Part shown: positions 39,475 through 52,900 of the stretch, piece by piece
How positions within the stretch are numbered: the stretch's first letter is position 1
How the letters are laid out: each line of letters begins with the position of its first letter
Assembly: GCA_964016885.1 (NCBI GenBank)
Contig: CAXHJY010000096.1
Location: 744,001-808,000, forward strand
Reading direction: 5' to 3'
DNA: 64,000 nucleotides
Source: Eledone cirrhosa
Taxonomy: Eukaryota
The notes under the pieces: generated by a model
Seen by the model: the letters and a program-made list of their open reading frames with translations, nothing else
The model's database searches: none
Told to the model about the DNA's origin: nothing
Position numbers and translations under genes: made by a program

Positions 39475-41949
39475 CAAAAAAAATCAGGGGGAGATAATTT
39501 GTAAAAAAAAATCAGGGGTAGATAATTTGTAAAAAAAAATCAGGGGGAGATAATTTGTAAAAAAAATCAAGGGGAGATAATTTCCAGCCGTCCAAGGAGA
39601 GATAATTTTAAAAAAAATCAGGCGGAGATAATTTGTAAAAAAAAATCAGGGGGAGATAATTTGTAAAAAAAAATCAGGGGGAGATAATTTGTAAAAAAAA
39701 ATCAGGGGGAGATAATTTGTAAAAAAAATCAGGAGGAGATAATTTGTAAAAAAAATCAAGGGGAGATAATTTCCAGCCGTCCAAGGAGAGATAATTTAAA
39801 AAAAAATCAGGCGGAGATAATTTGTAAAAAAAAATCAGGGGGAGATAATTTGTAAAAAAAAATCAGGGGGAGATAATTTGTAAAAAAAATCAAGGGGAGA
39901 TAATTTCCAGCCGTCCAAGGGGAGATAATTTTCAGCCGTCCAAGGAGAGGTAATTTCTAACCGTCCGAGGAGAGATAATTTCCAGCCGTCCAAGGGGAGA
40001 TAATTTCCAGCCGTCCAAGGGGAGATAATTTCCAGCCGTCCAAGGAGACATATTTTCCAGCCGTCCAAGGAGAGGTAATTTCTAGCCGTCCAAGGGGAGA
40101 TAAATTCCAGCCTCCAAGGGGAGATAATTTCCAGCCAGCCAAGGGGAGATAATTTGTAAAAAAATCAGGGGGAGATAATTTGCAAAAAAAATCAGGGGGA
40201 GATAATTTGTAAAAAAAATCAGGGGGAGATAATTTGTAAAAAATAATCAGGGGGAGATAATTTCCAGCCGTCCAAGGGAAGATAATTTCCAGCCCTCCAA
40301 GGGGCTATAATTTCCAGTGTCCAAGGGGAGATAATTTCCAGCCAGCGAAGGGGAGATAATTTTTTTAAAAAAATCATTGGGAGATTTGTAAAAAAAATCA
40401 GGGGGAGATAATTTGTAAAAAAAATCAAGGGGAGATAATTTCCAGCCGTCCAAGGGGAGGTAATATCTAGCCGTCCAAGGGGAGATAATTTCCAGCCGTC
40501 CAAGGGGAGATAATTTCCAGCCGTCCAAGGGTAGATAATATCCAGCCGCCCAAGGACATATTTTCCAGCCGTCCAAGGAGAGGTAATTTCTAGCCGTCCA
40601 AGGGGAGATAAATTCCAGCCTCCAAGGGGAGATAATTTCCAGCCAGCCAAGGGGAGATAATTTGTAAAAAAATCAGGGGGAGATAATTTGTAAAAAAAAT
40701 CAGGGGGAGATAATTTGTAAAAAAAAATCAGGGGGAGATAATTTGTAAAAAAAAATCAGGGGGAGATAATTTGCAAAAAAAATCAGGGGGAGATAATTTG
40801 TAAAAAAAAATCAGGGGTAGATAATTTGTAAAAAAAAATCAGGGGGAGATAATTTGTAAAAAAAAATCAGGGGGAGATAATTTGTAAAAAAAATCAAGGG
40901 GAGATAATTTGTAAAAAAAATCAAGGGGAGATAATTTCCAGCCGTCCAAGGGGAGGTAATATCTAGCCGTCCAAGGGGAGATAATTTCCAGCCGTCCAAG
41001 GGGAGATAATTTCCAGCCGTCCAAGGGTAGATAATATCCAGCCGCCCAAGGACATATTTTCCAGCCGTCCAAGGAGAGGTAATTTCTAGCCGTCCAAGGG
41101 GAGATAAATTCCAGCCTCCAAGGGGAGATAATTTCCAGCCAGCCAAGGGGAGATAATTTGTAAAAAAATCAGGGGGAGATAATTTGTAAAAAAAATCAGG
41201 GGGAGATAATTTGTAAAAAAAAATCAGGGGGAGATAATTTGTAAAAAAAAATCAGGGGGAGATAATTTGCAAAAAAAATCAGGGGGAGATAATTTGTAAA
41301 AAAAAATCAGGGGTAGATAATTTGTAAAAAAAAATCAGGGGGAGATAATTTGTAAAAAAAAATCAGGGGGAGATAATTTGTAAAAAAAATCAAGGGGAGA
41401 TAATTTGTAAAAAAAATCAAGGGGAGATAATTTCCAGCCGTCCAAGGGGAGGTAATATCTAGCCGTCCAAGGGGAGATAATTTCCAGCCGTCCAACGGGA
41501 GATAATTTCCAGCCGTCCAAGGGTAGATAATATCCAGCCGCCCCAGGACATATTTTCCAGCCGTCCAAGGAGAGGTAATTTCTAGCCGTCCAAGGGGAGA
41601 TAATTTCCAGCCGTCCAAGGGTAGATAATATCCAGCCGTCCAAGGACATATTTTCCAGCCGTCCAAGGAGAGGTAATTTCTAGCCGTCCAAGGGGAGATA
41701 AATTCCAGCCTCCAAGGGGAGATAATTTCCAGCCAGCCAAGGGGAGATAATTTGTAAAAAAATCAGGGGGAGATAATTTGTAAAAAAAATCAGGGGGAGA
41801 TAATTTGTAAAAAAAAATCAGGGGGAGATAATTTGTAAAAAAAAATCAGGGGGAGATAATTTGCAAAAAAAATCAGGGGGAGATAATTTGTAAAAAAAAA
41901 TCAGGGGTAGATAATTTGTAAAAAAAAATCAGGGGGAGATAATTTGTAA

Positions 41950-44900
41950 AAAAAAATCAGGGGGAGATAATTTGTAAAAAAAATCAAGGGGAGATAATTT
42001 CCAGCCGTCCAAGGAGATTATAATTTTAAAAAAAATCAGGCGGAGATAATTTGTAAAAAAAAATCAGGGGGAGATAATTTGTAAAAAAAAATCAGGGGGA
42101 GATAATTTGTAAAAAAAAATCAGGGGGAGATAATTTGTAAAAAAAATCAGGAGGAGATAATTTGTAAAAAAAATCAAGGGGAGATAATTTCCAGCCGTCC
42201 AAGGAGAGATAATTTAAAAAAAAATCAGGCGGAGATAATTTGTAAAAAAAAATCAGGGGGAGATAATTTGTAAAAAAATCAGGGGGAGATAATTTGTAAA
42301 AAAAATCAGGGGGAGATAATTTGTAAAAAAATTCATGGGGAGATAATTTGTAAAAAAAAATCAGGGGTAGATAATTTGTAAAAAAAAATCAGGGGGAGAT
42401 AATTTGTAAAAAAAAATCAGGGGGAGATAATTTGTAAAAAAAATCAAGGGGAGATAATTTCCAGCCGTCCAAGGGGAGATAATTTTCAGCCGTCCAAGGA
42501 GAGGTAATTTCTAGCCGTCCAAGGGGAGATAATTTCCAGCCGTCCAAGGGGAGGTAATTTCCAGCCGTCCAAGGGGAGATAATTTTAAAAAAAAAATCAG
42601 GCGGAGATAATTTGTAAAAAAAATCAAGGGGAGATAATTTGCAGCCGTCCAAGGGGAGATAATTTTCAGTCGTCCAAGGAGAGGTAATTTCTAGCCGTCC
42701 AAGGGGAGATAATTGCCAGCCGTCCAAGGGGAGATAATTTCCAGCCGTCCAAGGGGAGATAATTTTTTTTAAAAAATCAGGCGGAGATAATTTGTAAAAA
42801 AAATCAGGGGGAGATAATTTGTAAACAAAATCAGGGGGAGATAATTTGTAAAAAAAAATCAGGGGGAGATAATTTGTAAAAAAAATCATGGAGAGATAAT
42901 TTCCAGCCGTCCAAGGTGAGATAATTTCCAGCCGTCCAAGGAGACATATTTTCCAGCCGTCCAAGGCGAGGTAATTTCTAGCCGTCCAAGGGGAGATAAA
43001 TTCCAGCCTCCAAGGGGAGATAATTTCCAGCCAGCCAAGTGGAGATAATTTGTAAAAAAATCAGGGGGAGATAATTTGTAAAAAATATCAGGGAGATAAT
43101 TTGTAAAAAAAAATCAGGGGGAGATAATTTGTAAAAAAAATCAGGGGGAGATAATTTGTAAAAAAAAATCAGGGGGAGATAATTTGTAAAAAAAATCAAG
43201 GGGAGATAATTTCCAGCCGTCCAAGGGGAGATAATTTTCAGCCGTCCAAGGGGAGATAATTTCCCGCCAGCCAAGGGAAGATAATATTTAAAAAAATCAG
43301 GCGGAGATTGTAAAAAAAATCAGGGGGGAGATAATTTGTAAAAAAAATCAGGGGGAGATAATTTGTAAAAAAATCAGGGGGAGATAATTTGTAAAAAAAA
43401 AATCAGGGGGAGATAATTTGTAAAAAAAATCAGGGGGAGATAATTTGTAAAAAAAAATCAGGGGTAGATAATTTGTAAACAAAAATCAGGGGGAGATAAT
43501 TTGTAAAAAAAAATCAGGGGGAGATAATTTGTAAAAAAAATGAAAGGGGAGATAATATCCAGCCGTCCAAGGGGAGATAATTTCCAGCCGTCCAAGGGGA
43601 TATAATTTCCAGCCGTCCAAGGGGAGATAATTTCCATCCTTCCAAGGGGATATAATTTCCAGCCGTCCAAGGGGAGATAATTTCCCGCCAGCCAAGGGAA
43701 GATAATTTTTAAAAAAATCAGGCGGAGATTGTAAAAAAAATCAGGGGGGAGATAATTTGTAAAAAAATCAGGGGGAGATAATTTGTAAAAAATAATCAGG
43801 GGGAGATAATTTGTAAAAAAATTCAAGGGGAGATAATTTCCAGCCGTCCAAGGGGAGATAATTTCCCGCCAGCCAAGGGAAGATAATATTTAAAAAAATT
43901 AGGCGGAGATAATTTGTAAAAAAAATCAGGGGGAGATAATTTGTAAAAAAATCAGGGGGAGATAATTTGTAAAAAAAATCAGGGGGAGATAATTTGTAAA
44001 AAAAATCATGGGGAGATAATTTGTAAAAAAAAATCAGGGGTAGATAATTTGTAAAAAAAAATCAGGGGGAGATAATTTGTAAAAAAAAATCAGGGGGAGA
44101 TAATTTGTAAAAAAAATCAAGGGGAGATAATATCCAGCCGTCCAAGGAGAGATAATTTAAAAAAAAAATGAGGCGGAGATAATTTGTAAAAAAAAAATCA
44201 GGGGGAGTTAATTTGTAAAAAAAAATGAGGGGGAGATAATTTGTAAAAAAAATCAAGGGGAGATAATTTCCAGCCGTCCAAGGGGAGATAATTTTCAGCC
44301 GTCCAAGGAGAGGTAATTTCTAGCCGTCCAAGGGGAGATAATTTCCAGCCGTCCAAGGGGAGGTAATTTCCAGCCGTCCAAGGGGAGATAATTTTTAAAA
44401 AAAAATCAGGCGGAGATAATTTGTAAAAAAAATCAAGGGGAGATAATTTGCAGCCGTCCAAGGGGAGATAATTTTCAGTCGTCCAAGGAGAGGTAATTTC
44501 TAGCCGTCCAAGGGGAGATAATTTCCAGCCGTCCAAGGGGAGATAATTTCCAGCCGTCCAAGGGGAGATAATTTTTTTTTAAAAATCAGGCGGAGATAAT
44601 TTGTAAAAAAAATCAGGGGGAGATAATTTGTAAACAAAATCAGGGGGAGATAATTTGTAAAAAAAAATCAGGGGGAGATAATTTGTAAAAAAAATTAGGC
44701 GTAGATAATTTGTAAAAAAAAATCAGGGGGAGATAATTTGTAAAAAAAAATCAGGGGGAGATAATTTGTTTAAAAAATCAAGGGGAGATAATTTGCAGCC
44801 GTCCAAGGGGAGATAATTTTCAGCCGTCCAAGGAGAGGTAATTTCTAGCCGTTCAAGGGGAGATAATTTCCAGCCGTCCAAGGGGAGATAATTTCCAGCC

Positions 44901-47900
44901 GTCCAAGGGGAGATAATTTTTTTTAAAAAATCAGGCGGAGATAATTTGTAAAAAAAAATCAGGGGGAGATAATTCGTAAAAAAAAATCAGGGGGAGTTAA
45001 TTTGTAAAAAAAAATCAGGGGGAGATAATTTGTAAAAAAAATCAAGGGGAGATAATTTCCAGCCGTCCAAGGGGAGGTAATATCTAGCCGTCCAAGGGGA
45101 GATAATTTCCAGCCGTCCAAGGGGAGATAATTTCCAGCCGTCCAAGGGGAGATAATTTCCAGCCGTCCAAGGAGACATATTTTCCAGCCGTCCAAGGCGA
45201 GGTAATTTCTAGCCGTCCAAGGGGAGATTAATTCCAGCCTCCAAGGGGAGATAATTTCCAGCCAGCCAAGGGGAGATAATTTGTAAAAAAATCAGGGGGA
45301 GATAATTTGTAAAAAATATCAGGGAGATAATTTGTAAAAAAAAATCAGGGGGAGATAATTTGTAAAAAAAATCAGGGGGAGATAATTTGTAAAAAAAAAT
45401 CAGGGGGAGATAATTTGTAAAAAAAATCAAGGGGAGATAATTTCCAGCCGTCCAAGGGGAGATAATTTTCAGCCGTCCAAGGAGAGGTAATTTCTAACCG
45501 TCCGAGGAGAGATAATTTCCAGCCGTCCAAGGGGAGATAATTTCCAGCCGTCCAAGGAGACATATTTTCCAGCCGTCCAAGGAGAGGTAATTTCTAGCCG
45601 TCCAAGGGGAGATAAATTCCAGCCTCCAAGGGGAGATAATTTCCAGCCAGCCAAGGGGAGATAATTTGTAAAAAAATCAGGGGGAGATAATTTGCAAAAA
45701 AAATCAGGGGGAGATAATTTGTAAAAAAAATCAGGGGGAGATAATTTGTAAAAAATAATCAGGGGGAGATAATTTCCAGCCGTCCAAGGGAAGATAATTT
45801 CCAGCCCTCCAAGGGGCTATAATTTCCAGTGTCCAAGGGGAGATAATTTCCAGCCAGAGAAGGGGAGATAATTTTTTTTAAAAAATCATTGGGAGATTTG
45901 TAAAAAAAATCAGGGGGAGATAATTTGCAAAAAAAATCAGGGGGAGATAATTTGTAAAAAAAAATCAGGGGGAGATAATTTGTAAAAAAAATCAAGGGGA
46001 GATAATTTCCAGCCGTCCAAGGAGATTATAATTTTAAAAAAAATCAGGCGGAGATAATTTGTAAAAAAAAATCAGGGGGAGATAATTTGTAAAAAAAAAT
46101 CAGGGGGAGATAATTTGTAAAAAAAAATCAGGGGGAGATAATTTGTAAAAAAAATCAGGAGGAGATAATTTGTAAAAAAAATCAAGGGGAGATAATTTCC
46201 AGCCGTCCAAGGAGAGATAATTTAAAAAAAAATCAGGCGGAGATAATTTGTAAAAAAAAATCAGGGGGAGATAATTTGTAAAAAAATCAGGGGGAGATAA
46301 TTTGTAAAAAAAATCAGGGGGAGATAATTTGTAAAAAAATTCATGGGGAGATAATTTGTAAAAAAAAATCAGGGGTAGATAATTTGTAAAAAAAAATCAG
46401 GGGGAGATAATTTGTAAAAAAAAATCAGGGGGAGATAATTTGTAAAAAAAATCAAGGGGAGATAATTTCCAGCCGTCCAAGGGGAGATAATTTTCAGCCG
46501 TCCAAGGAGAGGTAATTTCTAGCCGTCCAAGGGGAGATAATTTCCAGCCGTCCAAGGGGAGGTAATTTCCAGCCGTCCAAGGGGAGATAATTTTAAAAAA
46601 AAAATCAGGCGGAGATAATTTGTAAAAAAAATCAAGGGGAGATAATTTGCAGCCGTCCAAGGGGAGATAATTTTCAGTCGTCCAAGGAGAGGTAATTTCT
46701 AGCCGTCCAAGGGGAGATAATTGCCAGCCGTCCAAGGGGAGATAATTTCCAGCCGTCCAAGGGGAGATAATTTTTTTTAAAAAATCAGGCGGAGATAATT
46801 TGTAAAAAAAATCAGGGGGAGATAATTTGTAAACAAAATCAGGGGGAGATAATTTGTAAAAAAAAATCAGGGGGAGATAATTTGTAAAAAAAATCATGGA
46901 GAGATAATTTCCAGCCGTCCAAGGTGAGATAATTTCCAGCCGTCCAAGGAGACATATTTTCCAGCCGTCCAAGGCGAGGTAATTTCTAGCCGTCCAAGGG
47001 GAGATAAATTCCAGCCTCCAAGGGGAGATAATTTCCAGCCAGCCAAGTGGAGATAATTTGTAAAAAAATCAGGGGGAGATAATTTGTAAAAAATATCAGG
47101 GAGATAATTTGTAAAAAAAAATCAGGGGGAGATAATTTGTAAAAAAAATCAGGGGGAGATAATTTGTAAAAAAAAATCAGGGGGAGATAATTTGTAAAAA
47201 AAATCAAGGGGAGATAATTTCCAGCCGTCCAAGGGGAGATAATTTTCAGCCGTCCAAGGGGAGATAATTTCCCGCCAGCCAAGGGAAGATAATATTTAAA
47301 AAAATCAGGCGGAGATAATTTGTAAAAAAAATCAGGGGGAGATAATTTGTAAAAAAATCAGGGGGAGATAATTTGTAAAAAAAAAATCAGGGGGAGATAA
47401 TTTGTAAAAAAAATCAGGGGGAGATAATTTGTAAAAAAAAATCAGGGGTAGATAATTTGTAAACAAAAATCAGGGGGAGATAATTTGTAAAAAAAAATCA
47501 GGGGGAGATAATTTGTAAAAAAAATGAAAGGGGAGATAATATCCAGCCGTCCAAGGGGAGATAATTTCCAGCCGTCCAAGGGGATATAATTTCCAGCCGT
47601 CCAAGGGGAGATAATTTCCATCCTTCCAAGGGGATATAATTTCCAGCCGTCCAAGGGGAGATAATTTCCCGCCAGCCAAGGGAAGATAATTTTTAAAAAA
47701 ATCAGGCGGAGATTGTAAAAAAAATCAGGGGGGAGATAATTTGTAAAAAAATCAGGGGGAGATAATTTGTAAAAAATAATCAGGGGGAGATAATTTGTAA
47801 AAAAATTCAAGGGGAGATAATTTCCAGCCGTCCAAGGGGAGATAATTTCCCGCCAGCCAAGGGAAGATAATATTTAAAAAAATTAGGCGGAGATAATTTG

Positions 47901-49930
47901 TAAAAAAAATCAGGGGGAGATAATTTGTAAAAAAATCAGGGGGAGATAATTTGTAAAAAAAATCAGGGGGAGATAATTTGTAAAAAAAATCATGGGGAGA
48001 TAATTTGTAAAAAAAAATCAGGGGTAGATAATTTGTAAAAAAAAATCAGGGGGAGATAATTTGTAAAAAAAAATCAGGGGGAGATAATTTGTAAAAAAAA
48101 TCAAGGGGAGATAATATCCAGCCGTCCAAGGAGAGATAATTTAAAAAAAAAATGAGGCGGAGATAATTTGTAAAAAAAAAATCAGGGGGAGTTAATTTGT
48201 AAAAAAAAATGAGGGGGAGATAATTTGTAAAAAAAATCAAGGGGAGATAATTTCCAGCCGTCCAAGGGGAGATAATTTTCAGCCGTCCAAGGAGAGGTAA
48301 TTTCTAGCCGTCCAAGGGGAGATAATTTCCAGCCGTCCAAGGGGAGGTAATTTCCAGCCGTCCAAGGGGAGATAATTTTTAAAAAAAAATCAGGCGGAGA
48401 TAATTTGTAAAAAAAATCAAGGGGAGATAATTTGCAGCCGTCCAAGGGGAGATAATTTTCAGTCGTCCAAGGAGAGGTAATTTCTAGCCGTCCAAGGGGA
48501 GATAATTTCCAGCCGTCCAAGGGGAGATAATTTCCAGCCGTCCAAGGGGAGATAATTTTTTTTTAAAAATCAGGCGGAGATAATTTGTAAAAAAAATCAG
48601 GGGGAGATAATTTGTAAACAAAATCAGGGGGAGATAATTTGTAAAAAAAAATCAGGGGGAGATAATTTGTAAAAAAAATTAGGCGTAGATAATTTGTAAA
48701 AAAAAATCAGGGGGAGATAATTTGTAAAAAAAAATCAGGGGGAGATAATTTGTTTAAAAAATCAAGGGGAGATAATTTGCAGCCGTCCAAGGGGAGATAA
48801 TTTTCAGCCGTCCAAGGAGAGGTAATTTCTAGCCGTTCAAGGGGAGATAATTTCCAGCCGTCCAAGGGGAGATAATTTCCAGCCGTCCAAGGGGAGATAA
48901 TTTTTTTTAAAAAATCAGGCGGAGATAATTTGTAAAAAAAAATCAGGGGGAGATAATTCGTAAAAAAAAATCAGGGGGAGTTAATTTGTAAAAAAAAATC
49001 AGGGGGAGATAATTTGTAAAAAAAATCAAGGGGAGATAATTTCCAGCCGTCCAAGGGGAGGTAATATCTAGCCGTCCAAGGGGAGATAATTTCCAGCCGT
49101 CCAAGGGGAGATAATTTCCAGCCGTCCAAGGGGAGATAATTTCCAGCCGTCCAAGGAGACATATTTTCCAGCCGTCCAAGGCGAGGTAATTTCTAGCCGT
49201 CCAAGGGGAGATTAATTCCAGCCTCCAAGGGGAGATAATTTCCAGCCAGCCAAGGGGAGATAATTTGTAAAAAAATCAGGGGGAGATAATTTGTAAAAAA
49301 TATCAGGGAGATAATTTGTAAAAAAAAATCAGGGGGAGATAATTTGTAAAAAAAATCAGGGGGAGATAATTTGTAAAAAAAAATCAGGGGGAGATAATTT
49401 GTAAAAAAAATCAAGGGGAGATAATTTCCAGCCGTCCAAGGGGAGATAATTTTCAGCCGTCCAAGGAGAGGTAATTTCTAACCGTCCGAGGAGAGATAAT
49501 TTCCAGCCGTCCAAGGGGAGATAATTTCCAGCCGTCCAAGGAGACATATTTTCCAGCCGTCCAAGGAGAGGTAATTTCTAGCCGTCCAAGGGGAGATAAA
49601 TTCCAGCCTCCAAGGGGAGATAATTTCCAGCCAGCCAAGGGGAGATAATTTGTAAAAAAATCAGGGGGAGATAATTTGCAAAAAAAATCAGGGGGAGATA
49701 ATTTGTAAAAAAAATCAGGGGGAGATAATTTGTAAAAAATAATCAGGGGGAGATAATTTCCAGCCGTCCAAGGGAAGATAATTTCCAGCCCTCCAAGGGG
49801 CTATAATTTCCAGTGTCCAAGGGGAGATAATTTCCAGCCAGAGAAGGGGAGATAATTTTTTTTAAAAAATCATTGGGAGATTTGTAAAAAAAATCAGGGG
49901 GAGATAATTTGCAAAAAAAATCAGGGGGAG
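41950..49930 (+). repeat. ~4.0-kb tandem duplication (offset 4008, then 3984)
   Basis: The AAGGAGATTATAATT marker is at 42011 and 46019. ORF offsets are 42389->46397 (4008) and 43458->47442, 44959->48943 (3984). An extra short unit lies near 43300. Confidence 0.87.
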
Positions 49931-52900
49931 ATAATTTGTAAAAAAAAATCAGGGGTAGATAATTTGTAAAAAAAAATCAGGGGGAGATAATTTGTAAAAA
50001 AAAATCAGGGGGAGATAATTTGTAAAAAAAATCAAGGGGAGATAATTTCCAGCCGTCCAAGGAGAGATAATTTTAAAAAAAATCAGGCGGAGATAATTTG
50101 TAAAAAAAAATCAGGGGGAGATAATTTGTAAAAAAAATCAGGGGGAGATAATTTGTAAAAAAAAATCAGGGGTAGATAATTTGTAAAAAAAAATCAGGGG
50201 GAGATAATTTGTAAAAAAAAATCAGGGGGAGATAATTTGTAAAAAAAATCAAGGGGAGATAATTTCCAGCCGTCCAAGGAGAGATAATTTTAAAAAAAAT
50301 CAGGCGGAGATAATTTGTAAAAAAAAATTAGGGGGAGATAATTTGTAAAAAAAAATCAGGGGGAGATAATTTGTAAAAAAAATCAAGGGGAGATAATTTC
50401 CAGCCGTCCAAGGGGAGATAATTTTCAGCCGTCCAAGGGGAGATAATTTCCCGCCAGCCAAGGGAAGATAATATTCAAAAAAATCAGGCGGAGATAATTT
50501 GTAAAAAAAATCAGGGGGAGATAATTTGTAAAAAAATCAGGGGGAGATAATTTGTAAAAAAAAAAATCAGGGGGAGATAATTTGTAAAAAAAATCAGGGG
50601 GAGATAATTTGTAAAAAAAAATCAGGGGTAGATAATTTGTAAAAAAAAATCAGGGGGAGATAATTTGTAAAAAAAAATCAGGGGCAGATAATTTGTAAAA
50701 AAAATGAAAGGGGAGATAATATCCAGCCGTCCAAGGGGAGATAATTTCCAGCCGTCCAAGGGGAGATAATTTCCAGCCGTCCAAGGGGAGAAAATTTCCA
50801 TCCTTCCAAGGGGATATAATTTCCAGCCGGCCAAGGGGAGATAATTTCCATCCTTCCAAGGGGATATAATTTCCAGCCGTCCAAGGGGAGATAATTTTCA
50901 GCCGTCCAAGGAGAGGTAATTTCTAGCCGTCCAAGGAGAGATAATTTCCAGCCGTCCAAGGGGAGATAATTTCCAGCCGTCCAAGGGGAGATAATTTCCA
51001 GCCGTCCAAGGAGACATATTTTCCAGCCGTCCAAGGAGAGGTAATTCCTAGCCGTCCAAGGGGAGATAAATTCCAGCCTCCAAGGGGAGATAATTTCCAG
51101 CCAGCCAAGGGGAGATAATTTGTAAAAAAAATCAGGGGGAGATAATTTCTAAAAAAAATCAGGGGGAGATAATTTGTAAAAAAAAATCAGGGGGAGATAA
51201 TTTGTAAAAAATAATCAGGGGGAGATAATTTGTAAAAAAAATCAAGGGGAGATAATTTCCAGCCGTCCAAGGGGAGATAATTTTCAGCCGTCCAAGGGGA
51301 GATAATTTCCCACCAGCCAAGGGAAGATAATATTTAAAAAAATTATGCGGAGATAATTTGTAAAAAAAATCAGGGGGAGATAATTTGTAAAAAAATCAGG
51401 GGGAGATAATTTGTAAAAAAAATCAGGGGGAGATAATTTGTAAAAAAAATCAGGGGGAGATAATTTGTAAAAAAAAATCAGGGGTAGATAATTTGTAAAA
51501 AAAATCAGGGGGAGATAATTTGTAAAAAAAAATCAGGGGGAGATAATTTGTAAAAAAAATCAAGGGGAGATAATTTCCAGCCGTCCAAGGAGAGATAATT
51601 TTAAAAAAAATCAGGCGGAGATAATTTGTAAAAAAAAATCAGGGGGAGATAATTTGTAAAAAAAAATCAGGGGGAGATAATTTGTAAAAAAAATCAAGGG
51701 GAGATAATTTCCAGCCGTCCAAGGGGAGATAATTTTCAGCCGTCCAAGGGGAGATAATTTCCCGCCAGCCAAGGGAAGATAATATTCAAAAAAATCAGGC
51801 GGAGATAATTTGTAAAAAAAATCAGGGGGAGATAATTTGTAAAAAAATCAGGGGGAGATAATTTGTAAAAAAAAAAATCAGGGGGAGATAATTTGTAAAA
51901 AAAATCAGGGGGAGATAATTTGTAAAAAAAAATCAGGGGTAGATAATTTGTAAAAAAAAATCAGGGGGAGATAATTTGTAAAAAAAAATCAGGGGGAGAT
52001 AATTTGTAAAAAAAATGAAAGGGGAGATAATATCCAGCCGTCCAAGGGGAGATAATTTCCAGCCGTCCAAGGAGAGATAATTTCCAGCCGTCCAAGGGGA
52101 GATAATTTCCATCCTTCCAAGGGGATATAATTTCCAGCCGTCCAAGGGGAGATAATTTCCATCCTTCCAAGGGGATATAATTTCCAGCCGTCCAAGGGGA
52201 GATAATTTTCAGCCGTCCAAGGAGAGGTAATTTCTAGCCGTCCAAGGAGAGATAATTTCCAGCCGTCCAAGGGGAGATAATTTCCAGCCGTCCAAGGGGA
52301 GATAATTTCCAGCCGTCCAAGGAGACATATTTTCCAGCCGTCCAAGGAGAGGTAATTCCTAGCCGTCCAAGGGGAGATAAATTCCAGCCTCCAAGGGGAG
52401 ATAATTTCCAGCCAGCCAAGGGGAGATAATTTGTAAAAAAAATCAGGGGGAGATAATTTGTAAAAAAAATCAGGGGGAGATAATTTGTAAAAAAAAATCA
52501 GGGGGAGATAATTTGTAAAAAAAATCAAGGGGAGATAATTTCCAGCCGTCCAAGGGGAGATAATTTTCAGCCGTCCAAGGGGAGATAATTTCCCGCCAGC
52601 CAAGGGAAGATAATATTCAAAAAAATCAGGCGGAGATAATTTGTAAAAAAAATCAGGGGGAGATAATTTGTAAAAAAATCAGGGGGAGATAATTTGTAAA
52701 AAAAAAAATCAGGGGGAGATAATTTGTAAAAAAAATCAGGGGTAGATAATTTGTAAAAAAAAATCAGGGGGAGATAATTTGTAAAAAAAAATCAGGGGGA
52801 GATAATTTGTAAAAAAAATGAAAGGGGAGATAATATCCAGCCGTCCAAGGGGAGATAATTTCCAGCCGTCCAAGGGGAGATAATTTCCAGCCGTCCAAGG